64,000 bases of DNA from a virus. Each line of letters starts with the position of its first letter. The first letter of the stretch is position 1. This document shows, piece by piece, positions 53,106 to 63,812 of this stretch. Where the stretch lies: the IMG/VR virus record IMGVR_UViG_3300044731_000789, positions 12,203-76,202 of that record; one strand, 5' to 3'. Made by a program: the position numbers and the translations under genes. Below the pieces are notes generated by a model that had not been told where the DNA came from, did not search any database, and saw only the letters and a list, made by a program, of their open reading frames with translations.

Positions 53106-54005
53106 ATGACCACACAACCACCAGTACACCAAATTGATGCAATCCACATTTTAGACAAAAACATTCTTGTTCTAAAAAATATCGGACAATCTTCCAGAAA
53201 CCAATATTTGGTCAATGATGACCCATTACCGTTGAAAGAAAATACAACGTATCAAAATGTAATCATACCATTTTCTGACAAGGATAATATCCAATATAGA
53301 AGCACATTCCAAAAAGTTGATCACTATGTTGATAAATTGGGAAACAAAATTTCTATAGATGAATATAACACAAAGAGAAAAGAATTGTATTTACATTGCA
53401 GTGACAATAATTGGAGAACATTGGACGATGAATTTGCATATAAAAAATTCATGGAAACATATACTGCAGTATATGTCACATGTGTAACAATTACAGATGT
53501 TGTTGTAAACATTATTGAATGCCAATATGCTACTGGTAGCAAATATATTACACCTGTTTGGTCACTAGAATCTGTGCCACAAAAAGATAGATTATATATA
53601 TTAAATTTTGATCTATTCTGTTATGATACATTTGTTGATTTAATCAAAGATACTGGATTGACTTGGGATAATACTGATAGATTATATTTAAGATTTTGTA
53701 AAATTGAAGGAAAATATGCCTTTACCGATAATTGGGAATCAAAAAAACCTATACATGGTGGGTTGGAATATTTGCACGACATTATGCAAGAAACTAAAAA
53801 AGAATTGGTTAAAATTGTTTCATTAGAAAAAGCCAAAAAATTTGGGAGCGATGGCGCTCCAGATTGGGTGCATGTTCTAAATGAGTTGAAAATTTTGTCT
53901 GGATATCTTGGCACAAATAATAGAAGTAAGGTAGATTGGTCAACTTGTAAAACAATTGTTAACAAATTAATTGATAATATTGGCAATAGTATAACAAAAA
54001 GTTGA
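53106..54005 (+). CDS. Hypothetical protein
   Basis: About 300-aa ORF with phage-like composition. Confidence 0.55.
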   Translation: MTTQPPVHQIDAIHILDKNILVLKNIGQSSRNQYLVNDDPLPLKENTTYQNVIIPFSDKDNIQYRSTFQKVDHYVDKLGNKISIDEYNTKRKELYLHCSDNNWRTLDDEFAYKKFMETYTAVYVTCVTITDVVVNIIECQYATGSKYITPVWSLESVPQKDRLYILNFDLFCYDTFVDLIKDTGLTWDNTDRLYLRFCKIEGKYAFTDNWESKKPIHGGLEYLHDIMQETKKELVKIVSLEKAKKFGSDGAPDWVHVLNELKILSGYLGTNNRSKVDWSTCKTIVNKLIDNIGNSITKS

Positions 54006-54539
54006 CATATCTAAAAATGTATGTATAATTGTTCCATATTTTAACCAATTTGGAACAATTATGGCAACATACAGATTTTTAAGAAAATCTACAAATGTAG
54101 CAGAATCCCTTATTAAATTTTGAGTCAAAAATGCGTCCAGAAACAGCATACCAAATTGTAAACAAATCCATGGCAAAATTCTACAAAATTCCAACTGTAG
54201 AAGATGTGCCAGTAATTTTAAACAAAATTAGAACACCAAAATTTAACAGAGCATTGCAAAAATGTTTACAGGTACAAATTAAAGATTTAAAACTACTTTG
54301 TGAACAATCAAACAAAAATAGGCATCCATCCATAGAAAAATATGTGTATTATCCATCATCAATTTATTATTATGATACAATTGACGATTTAGAGTCAGTT
54401 TGCTTTAATCTATTCTACATTTCTGATAGATGGAATTGTGAAGGTAGAATCAAATTCTTACAAGAAGTCTTGAAAAGATATTGACAAATATTGATAACCA
54501 TGTATACTTGTTCCATCTTTTAACAATTTAGTTTATATT

Positions 54540-55091
54540 ATGAATATTTTCTTCCTTGATAAAAATCCAAAAACTTGTGCAAAATACCATGTAAACAAAC
54601 ATTGTGTAAAAATGATAGTAGAATTGTCACAAATATTATCTACATGTCATCGTGTGCTAGATGGAACCAAAATTGAAACCAAATCTGTCAAAGGTAGAAA
54701 ACAAACTGTATACAAACTATCTTGTCCGATATCGGACCCATTATTGTATAAAGCAACCCATATCAATCATCCGTCCACAGTTTGGGCTAGGTCATCCCTA
54801 GCAAATTATTTGTGGACAGCACATTTGTTGCATGAATTATGTACAGAATATACATATAGATATGGAAAAATCCATAAATGTCAGAAAATTGGATTAGTCA
54901 AACATTTTGTTGGTAATATACCAACCAATATTGAAACCAAACCATTTACAGAACCGACTTGTGCCATGCCTACAGAGTACATGGTTTCAAATGATTCCTT
55001 GACATCTTATAGAAATTATTATAGAATTGGCAAGAAACATTTGCACCAATGGAAAGATAGACCTGTGCCAGATTTTATTTTGGAAAATTAA
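54540..55091 (+). CDS. Pyrimidine-dimer glycosylase-like phage protein
   Basis: MNIFFLD...HCVKM..E..Q.L.T.H...THINHPS.VW...YR.YY...K. Confidence 0.7.
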   Translation: MNIFFLDKNPKTCAKYHVNKHCVKMIVELSQILSTCHRVLDGTKIETKSVKGRKQTVYKLSCPISDPLLYKATHINHPSTVWARSSLANYLWTAHLLHELCTEYTYRYGKIHKCQKIGLVKHFVGNIPTNIETKPFTEPTCAMPTEYMVSNDSLTSYRNYYRIGKKHLHQWKDRPVPDFILEN

Positions 55092-56384
55092 TTATGAAAT
55101 TTGAAATAGAAGTATACGATTATTTTTGATCACAATGAAATTAAATCAATTATTAAAGATTATATACAATCTTCCACTATTCAAAAATTAAAAGATGAAA
55201 AAGAATTGAACAGAATTATTTCAAATTCTGCATATGACATTGTATGGAAAATGGTCGATGATATTTGGGATGATAATCTTGAAACAATTCTTAAAAACAA
55301 AGTTTTAGATATTTTGTCCGAAATGAATCAGTTTCATATTTTCAAAACTAAAAATGCATGGGAATGGGAAGAAAATATTGCAACCAAATATTTGAACCAA
55401 GTCGTGGCAGAGGAACTGCCAAACATTAAACCAAAGATTATTGCGGAAGTGCATAAGATTGGTAAAAAAGATTTGCAACAAGCATTGAAAGATGCTATCC
55501 TAGAAAAACTTCAAAAATCTATTTAATATATTATGCCAACATTTTCTGGCTTCGTTATGCGAAGCAAACTTTCTCCAACACATTTTTATTCAAAAAATGA
55601 TACAAATGTGTTGACAACTGATTTGAATATTGCTACACTATTTGAAACTATAGATCAGGTTCCTGATACAATGTTGTATAAAAATTGGGAACAGGTTTTT
55701 GTTCAAAGAACTGTAAACACAATTGAATTGGATATATTATGATTTCTGCTTTAGAATTAAAAGAATATCAAGATGGATTAATTGGTAATGCATTTGTCGA
55801 GTTATCGAGCGATTTCTGTAAAAAATTTGAAGATACTGTTAAACGCAGACTGGATCAGTGGCCATATGTTAAACAAATTACTTTTAAATTAACTGATGAA
55901 GAATACCAAGTTAGAACAGAATTAAAAAAATGGATTGTTTCATTTGGATATGATGTGTCATATAATGAGTCTGAGTTTACTATAACAATTGAATGGAAAT
56001 AATTATGACATATAAAATTGATAACATTGGTAAAGTACTCTGGAAAATATCTAAACAATATTATCCAGATACATATGAACAATTATTGGACAAAATTTCA
56101 AAAGGATTTTCTGAATATACTGGCTGGGATGGCCCATGCTCAGAACAAACTATTTTGGAATTATGCTATGGCACTTTGGCCGATTATATCGGCACAGGAA
56201 TGGTTAAACCATACCAAATTAACCAAATGTTCAAAGATATAAATGGCGATCCAATAATCGAATCAATTTTTGGTAAAGATGAAAGATCATTGACACAAAA
56301 ACAAATTTATGCCATACTGGATGTGTTCAGATTTTCAGAAGTTCTGAACAAAGAACACGAAGTTTTAATTGATTTTTGGCAAAA

Positions 56385-56638
56385 TGATGACTGACAATTG
56401 GATCAAAGTGGAAGACGGTCTTCCAGAAATGTATAGCGATTGGTTGAAAAAAGAATCCAACGTGGTATTGGTTTATACAAATTATAATTCAATTCGTACT
56501 GCGATTGTGCAACAATATGATTTTGAAGATGGCGAAGAATGCCAAATAGAATGGATTTCGGCTTGTTCGGAAGTATGGAACATGACTGGTGTTGTCACAC
56601 ATTGGATGCCATTGCCAACCCCACCAATCGACAAATAG
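56385..56638 (+). CDS. DUF551-like protein
   Basis: WI.VED.LPE...VTHWMPLP.PP. Confidence 0.75.
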
Positions 56639-57001
56639 GATACTAATTATGGCAACAAATTTGAACGAATATATTAAACATAACAGAACTGATAAATTGA
56701 CGTGCAAAAAAATCACTTGTAAAGATGGATTTAGTATTTCTATTCAGGCAAGTAAATATCATTATTGTGAACCAAGAATTACTAATGCTACAGAATATTA
56801 TTCTGTAGAATGTGGGTTTCCAAGTTCTGTTCCAGAATTTATTATGGATTATTGTAAATACCCAAAATCCCCAACTGATACAGTATATGCGTATGTACCA
56901 ATAAAACTAGTTGAACAATTAATTGATCATCATGGTGGAATTGATATTGTGTTAGTTGGTGAATTTTCACTACATGATTAAATACAATCAGGACAATAAT
57001 T

Positions 57002-57445
57002 ATGGCAACAAGATCGACCATTGCAGTACAACATACAGATGGAACAATTTCACAAATCTATTGCCATTGGGATGGTTATTTAGAACATAATGGTAAACTC
57101 CTCTTAACTCATTATTCTACATTAGAACAGGTAGAAAATTTAGTTCAACATGGGGACATGTCTGTTTTAGATAAAAATACGAAAGTTTGTGAATATTATC
57201 ACAAAGATAGGGGAGAAGATTGGGAACAAGTAAAACCAAAATTATTCAACTCCCTTTCCGAGTATCGGAACCAATTGAAACAAGAAGAATTCAATTATAT
57301 TTTTAAAAATGGTAGATGGTACTATAAAGAAGAGCATAAAAAATTGTTTATAAAAGTTCCAGAAAAATATGCACAAGCATTAACAATTTTTTTAAATGGT
57401 TTGGCTACATTTTCGCCATTGCTGGCGCTATTTGTGTCAGCCTAG
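57002..57445 (+). CDS. Conserved phage early protein
   Basis: MATRS.I...IYCHWDGY...G..L..HY...GD.S. Confidence 0.65.
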   Translation: MATRSTIAVQHTDGTISQIYCHWDGYLEHNGKLLLTHYSTLEQVENLVQHGDMSVLDKNTKVCEYYHKDRGEDWEQVKPKLFNSLSEYRNQLKQEEFNYIFKNGRWYYKEEHKKLFIKVPEKYAQALTIFLNGLATFSPLLALFVSA

Positions 57446-57746
57446 GGATTGACCCATGGAATGTATACATGGGCAACCTTGGTGCCTTAATGTACGCTAT
57501 TTGGGCACTCCGTGCCAAAGATTGGAACATATTTATTGTAAATATGACATTTTTAATAATTTATGGGTATGGAATATGGACAAGATTATTCTTATGACAT
57601 ATATGGACAATGACACTAATCAAAGAATTGTGTCACATGGCATCAACATGGAAACAGATGAAATTATAACAATGTCAGAATTACCATTATCAAATTATCC
57701 ACACTATTTTGATACAAATTTGTTTGAATTTATTCTGAAAGATTAA

Positions 57747-58049
57747 TTATTCAGATATATCAAACAAATATTCTTTCCCATATCTAAATTCTTGGTACAA
57801 TCTGTCTGGTTTACCAGGAATTTTTGTTTCTTCTTTATTCCATTCTATTTCCATCCCATGCACAACCATGGGACAGTCAACTGTCAATTTGCTTGGCAAC
57901 CCAAATATTAAATCAACTTTTCCATGTACCTGGACAATATTGTTTGTTAAGCAATCTGTTCTAATCTCGTCATAAATCTTGGTTCCAATAGTTTCACAAG
58001 ATTGCAAAAACCCTGTACAAATACATGTGAAAATGGTAATCGTTCTCAT
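57747..58049 (-). CDS. Hypothetical protein, possibly a lipoprotein
   Basis: Fills the gap between + strand genes; hydrophobic start ending in LQSC. Confidence 0.5.
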   Translation of the reverse strand: MRTITIFTCICTGFLQSCETIGTKIYDEIRTDCLTNNIVQVHGKVDLIFGLPSKLTVDCPMVVHGMEIEWNKEETKIPGKPDRLYQEFRYGKEYLFDISE

Positions 58050-58059
58050 TTATGCGAAT

Positions 58060-58171
58060 TGTGGATAACTTTGGTTGATTTCAACCAATTTGGCCCGAAT
58101 TCGGGCAAGTTTGTTACTTTCTGTGGATAACTTGATCATAAACAACAATTGTTCATATTTTGTGTGAATAA
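58060..58171 (-). promoter_or_regulatory. Three co-oriented DnaA-box consensus matches
   Basis: TTATCCACA at 58060-68 and 58122-30, TTATTCACA at 58163-71 (minus strand), each preceded by AG. Confidence 0.65.
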
Positions 58172-58183
58172 CTCAATACTGCA

Positions 58184-58198
58184 GCAATATTTATGCCA
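58184..58198 (-). promoter_or_regulatory. Sigma54-like -24/-12 element
   Basis: Minus-strand TGGCATAAATATTGC has GG-N10-GC spacing. Confidence 0.45.
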
Positions 58199-58744
58199 AG
58201 ATATAGGAAAATTTATTTTCAGGGAAATGTATAAAATTGTATAAAAAGATGTTGACAAGTTTGGTGAAAGGGATACAATAAACCATCTTTTATACAAAAC
58301 AGGAATAAAACAATGTCTCCATTCATCTGCTCAAAAAAACATATGCAAACCATTGCATACAATTATGTTAATCTGTTCTATGATCAATTAGATCAAAATG
58401 ATCACAATATTCTTGCAATTGCAACAATTCTTTATAAAGAAAATATAAAAAGTGTTAACTGGCGATATGATGAAAACCATGTAGCCAGAAAATACAAAAA
58501 ATTGGATAATTCCATTATAAAAGATTGCTCACTAATTCAGTTATACAAATTGGTTCTATGCCTGGACTACCAATCATGTGAAACAACTACTTATATAAAT
58601 TCACACGCAAAAGCAATTTTATCTCAAATTGAAGCAAAAATTGTGCCAATGATTTCAAGTGCATTTGGTCAAGATGCACATGTATGGTATAATGAACCTT
58701 TATACAATGATGCAGAATGGTGCATCTAATTGTATAAAAAATTG

Positions 58745-60169
58745 TTGACAATCCATTTTATACAATTATAATAACCAAATCAGTTAACAAACTTGGAACA
58801 AAATTATGAAATCAGAATTTACAGAAAAACGTCTTCAATGGGTAAAAATTGCTACATCACAATTCGGCAATGGTGCAATTCTTTCAATGAAAGAAATAAA
58901 CCAAGTTTCGCAAAAACATAATCTACCAGTTCCACAATGGTTTTATACCAATGACAAATACAAAGTCGCCAGAAGTCAGTATAAATTGCCAGAATTGGTC
59001 GAAATTATGCCCACTGTGGGGCACCAATTAAATTTGGCTACCATAGGTGCGGGTCGCACCCAGATGGCCCCAGAAGTGCCCAAAATTGCCGAAAAATCAG
59101 ATGACGAATTATTGTTGGAAATTTCCCAAAGTTTTGAAACATTGGATATAATGACTGCAGCTATTAAAAATGGTTCTGCAACCAGTTTTATCGTGGGTGG
59201 TGATGCAGGTATCGGAAAAAGTCACAATGTTGAAAAAACCCTTGGTACAAGCAATCCAAATGTTTTTTATGTGCATGGTAAATGTACAGCAGTAAATTTG
59301 TACAAAAAATTGTATGAATATAGACATAAAGGACAAATTATTGTAATCGATGATTCGGACGAACTATTTTTTGACGAGGTTTCACTTAATTTGTTGAAAA
59401 ATGCATTGGATACCAAAGAAAACAGACATCTTTCATGGTTATCCGAAAAAATATTGGTAAATGATGAAGGCGACATTCCAAACACTTTTAACTATCGTGG
59501 TTCAGTAATCTTTATTTCAAATATCGACTTTTACCAAGAAATCGAAAAAGGTTCAAAATTATCTAAACATCTTAATGCACTAATGTCAAGATCATTCTAC
59601 CTTGATATCAAATTTGAGTCAAAAAGAAAATCCTTTTTACATATGACTAATGTATTGTATAATGGTTTGATACATGAATTAGATTTGTCACAAGATCAAC
59701 AAGATCAATTGATCAATTATATCGAAGAAAACTTGGACAGAATGCGCGAAATTACGCCAAGAGCAGCCAAAAAAATTGGCAGCATAATGAAAAGCCCACA
59801 ATGGCGAATGCTTGCAAACAGAATGTGCTTAAAATCATAAAAAATTGTTGACAATCCATTTTATACAATTATAATAAACCAACTTCAACAAAATCGGAAA
59901 AGAAAATGGAACACAAAAATTGGAACCAAAGACCATTAGTAGAATTTGTAATAAACTTTGCAAAAACTATGCCAGAAACTTCCAAGTCAACTTGCCAGAA
60001 TTTGTTGAAAAATGAATTGATTACAATTCAAACTGACCTAAAATTGTTCAAGTCTTGCAACATTCGCGGCGAACTTGATTTTATGGTAAAACAATGGGAA
60101 ATCAAAGAAGATGTACACAAATTGGCTATTCAATTAATTTCTTGACAATCCATTTTATACAATTATAAT
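58745..60169 (+). repeat. Three near-identical early promoters TTGACAATCCATTTTATACAATTATA
   Basis: Copies begin at 58745, 59848 and 60142. Confidence 0.85.
58806..59840 (+). CDS. P-loop/AAA ATPase, early gene
   Basis: GDAGIGKS Walker A, VIDDSD Walker B, LK.ALD, IFISN, SR. Confidence 0.85.
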   Translation: MKSEFTEKRLQWVKIATSQFGNGAILSMKEINQVSQKHNLPVPQWFYTNDKYKVARSQYKLPELVEIMPTVGHQLNLATIGAGRTQMAPEVPKIAEKSDDELLLEISQSFETLDIMTAAIKNGSATSFIVGGDAGIGKSHNVEKTLGTSNPNVFYVHGKCTAVNLYKKLYEYRHKGQIIVIDDSDELFFDEVSLNLLKNALDTKENRHLSWLSEKILVNDEGDIPNTFNYRGSVIFISNIDFYQEIEKGSKLSKHLNALMSRSFYLDIKFESKRKSFLHMTNVLYNGLIHELDLSQDQQDQLINYIEENLDRMREITPRAAKKIGSIMKSPQWRMLANRMCLKS

Positions 60170-62336
60170 AACAACATTCTTAACCAATAGGCAAACAACA
60201 ATGAAACATAGAATTATCAAAGTGTTTAAAACCCCTGGTCAATATGATGTAAAATTGTACAGAATGAATTCAAGTTTACCATCACAACAACAAGATTCTG
60301 TTAATTGCTTTGCCATAGAATATGGAACACATTTTTCAGAATATCTCAACTATGCAGAAGCCTGCAAAGAATTGGGCGAATGTTTAATGCATGCATTACA
60401 ATGCGCCAATAAATTGGACTAATCATAATGAATAATATTACCAAAGAACAACAAAAAAAAGCAAACATTGTAGCCAGAAGAGCAGGATATCAAAAAGCAA
60501 CAAAAATTGTTTTTACTGGTGAAAATAAAGTTATTTCCCGCACAAATGGTGGATATAGAAAATATACTACAGGCGAATATGTATCAAATGCATACAGAAC
60601 AAAATTTGGATGGAAAAATACATACTACCAACATGCAGAAACAATTGTATCAATATGAATAACCATACTATCACATATGAACAACTTTTGTCAAATAATT
60701 GGGTGCCAATGTCTTGCAAGATTTCTTGCCAAGATTTTTGGACAAAATTTAATCAATTATCAATAAACAAAAATTGTAGAAAAATTGTTGTATATCCTTA
60801 AAATGTTGGTATAATAAACCAACTTCAACAAACAAAAAGGAACAAAACAATGTCAACATTCACCACGTTAGAAGTCTTAACAGAATTGCTTCAAGACCTA
60901 TACGACAAACCAGATGCACCACTCAATTATATCAAAGCAGTCGAAAATTCTATTGAAGTATTCAAAACACAAGCAATTGACCTGGATTTAACACGATTTG
61001 TTAATCAATATCAACCATTGTACCAAATTACTTTTTTAACTGATACAGAAGTCACACACAATTTTACCAGCTTGATAGATTTAAAACAGTTTGTTGAGGG
61101 ATATGCATCAATGCGGGAACAATATATTACCGTTACCGGCACATATGATTATTCAGCATTCTACACAGAATTGTGTGACGGAGTGCATATTTTTTCACAA
61201 TCAACTGTGAAAAAAATCCTTGCAATGTACAAATAATTGTTTATAATTTACACATAATTTAACAAACAACAAGGAATGCATCCGCATTCTGCAAAAAGGA
61301 ACAAAATCATGACCATTAATTCAAATCAAAAAAATTCTTCAATTATCTCGGAAGTAGACTTCCCAGAATTGGAACAAACTAATCTCAACGATTTGGCATC
61401 AGATTTTTCAGAATCCATTTCGGTAGATTATTCTACCAAAGATTGGGAAAACGATTTCACAAAATCTTATGAGTGGGATTATTAAAAATGAAGTTAACTG
61501 TAATCAACAAAAAAACCAAACAAAAACAACATATAATTGCAACAAATATTACACAATTTTATATTGACAAAAAACATAAAGAATGCCTCAGAATAGAATT
61601 GCCAAATGGCCAATTTCAAAACTTTGTTAAAAATGATCACGATTTTATTCTAGGACATGGCGGAAATATTGTAAAATAAATTTTACATCTTTCCGAAAAT
61701 TAGTATATAATATACGCATACTTTAAACAACAAGGAATACAACAATGCAAACATATAAAATAAATGCAGAAGTATTTGAAGTCTATACTCATGATGGTGG
61801 TGGAATTAGTGCTATACACATCGCATATTTTACAACCGAATCAGATGCAAAAAAAGTATGTAAAGACACTAGTCATTGGCGCATTAGGAAAACAACAATA
61901 GCACACACATACCACATTTGCGAATCTATCGAAGATTTGGATGCATTAACAGATATCCAAAAACGGGATAGAATTCTATCAAAATTGACACCAGATGAAA
62001 TAAAATTTTTAGGATTACAATAATAGCTTGACATAAAATTGTCTACAAGTATAATAAACCAACTTAAACAAAATTGGAAAAAGAAAATGAACCAACAACA
62101 ATTGCAAAATTATACAAACTCTATGATAGACCTTCTATCCATAAAAATTGATAAAAATGGTTTCTATTATACCTCATGGGGCAAAAAATCGTTTCAAGGT
62201 CTGCAAGAAACTTTTAAATCAATACTACAACAAAATGGTGTTGACTTTATTCAAAATTAGTCTATAATTTACAGCATACAAACAAACAAACAAACAACAA
62301 GGAATGCATCCGCATTCTGCAAAAAGGAACAAAACA

Positions 62337-62720
62337 ATGGCCTACATCAACCAAGATACCAAAAAATTAATCCATGCAGCTCTTAAACCAATCTTTCAAA
62401 AATATGGCCTAAAAGCGTCACTAGGCATTGACAACAACTCAACACTCGTTATCAATATTAATAAAGGTAAACTAGACTTTATTCAAAATTATAACAACCT
62501 AACAAAAAATCAAGCAAAAGATCAACTACATGTCAACCATTATTGGTACAATAAACATTTCAACGGCGATTGCCAAAAATGCCTGCATGAAATTATTACA
62601 ACAGCAAACAATGTAGGTAAAAATTATGATAACTCAGATATTCAATCAGATTATTTTGATATCGGTTTTTACCTCGATGTCAACATAGGTAAATGGAACA
62701 AACCTTATCAAATATTATAA
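62337..62720 (+). CDS. Conserved phage early protein
   Basis: MAYI.Q..K......LK....KYG.K.SL...YD.SDI..DYF...Y..V.IG.W.KPY. Confidence 0.65.
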   Translation: MAYINQDTKKLIHAALKPIFQKYGLKASLGIDNNSTLVININKGKLDFIQNYNNLTKNQAKDQLHVNHYWYNKHFNGDCQKCLHEIITTANNVGKNYDNSDIQSDYFDIGFYLDVNIGKWNKPYQIL

Positions 62721-62855
62721 ACATCCCTTTTTTGCCATTCAGAATGCTTCAGAATGCGGTAGCATTCCTTTTAGCATTCCTATTTAAAGATTGTTCTTTA
62801 CAATTGCAAAAAGAAATTGTATAATATACACATAATTTAAATAAGGAATAATACC

Positions 62856-63077
62856 ATGTTTCAACCATCAACAAAATCATTCAAACCAGTAACAAACAAA
62901 CCAAAAATTGTAAAAAAATACGAATGCTCAGACCTTTACAATTGTTGCAATTGTGGCGGCGAAAATTGCGGCTGTGGCGGCTGCTTCTCTTGTAATGCAT
63001 GTCCTACATGCATCGATAATCAAGATTTACCAGATGGCGAAGAATTGCCCTGCGAACTATTAAATTGTGAATGGTAA
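62856..63077 (+). CDS. Cys-rich small protein
   Basis: CCNCGG..CGC..CFSCNAC..C; SD and promoter upstream. Confidence 0.6.
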   Translation: MFQPSTKSFKPVTNKPKIVKKYECSDLYNCCNCGGENCGCGGCFSCNACPTCIDNQDLPDGEELPCELLNCEW

Positions 63078-63425
63078 AATATTTTACACATCTTGCGAAA
63101 ATTTGTGTATAATAAACCAACTTAAACAAAATTGGAAAACAAAAAATGTCATCAGAAACTTTAAAACAACTTAAAAAAGACCTGATGTCATCTGTTCCAG
63201 AAATGGCATGCAAAAATTCGCTGGAATTCCAGCAAAGATTGCAATGGCTCTCTGAAGGAATGCTACAAGGAATGCTAAAGCATTCTGCACAACCACTTAC
63301 ATGACATTACAAATCAGAATACCTTGGTATTCCTATTATGTCATCAATCAATAGGAATGCTAAAGCATTCTGATCAGAAATTACGATCTATAATAACTTT
63401 GTAACAAAAAGGAATGCTTTATAAC

Positions 63426-63501
63426 AGATGTCATCATGATAAAAAGATGTCATCATGATAAAAAGATGTCATCATGATAAAAAGATGTCATCATGATAAA
63501 A
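63426..63501. repeat. Tandem repeat, 4 x 19 bp AGATGTCATCATGATAAAA
   Basis: Read directly; contains the palindrome ATCATGAT. Confidence 0.95.
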
Positions 63502-63812
63502 ACATATATTTGAACAAACAATGGGAACACCTAAAGAAATAATACAGAATGCAAAGAGGAATGCTACCGCATTCTGAAGCATTCCTTTCAGCATTCTGAA
63601 CCATGTAGAAAGGAATGCTACCGCATTCTGCAGACCTTTCTACATATATACCCACAATTTGTTTCGGATACCGAAAAAGTTTTGGGCGTTTTTTAACTAT
63701 TGTATAGAATTCTATACAGAATGTTTCAAGTTGAAACATAATTGAAACATAATTGAAACATCGTGAAACAAATTTGCACCAAATTGGGGCAGAATTCTGC
63801 CAATAATTGGTT

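Larger units (their letters stand above)
61273..63629. repeat. Dispersed palindromic motif GGAATGC-N4-GCATTCT
   Basis: Full sites at 61273, 62301, 62751 (inverted), 63269, 63354, 63558 and 63612, plus half-sites. Confidence 0.85.

Noticed and set aside
60716-60731. Second sigma54-like site
   Set aside because: The GG-to-GC spacing is 11 rather than the required 10
61276-62336. Shared N-terminal peptide MHPHSAKRNK on two ORFs
   Set aside because: It is a translation of the repeated hairpin leader; better-spaced AGGA-ATG starts lie downstream (61309 and 62337)
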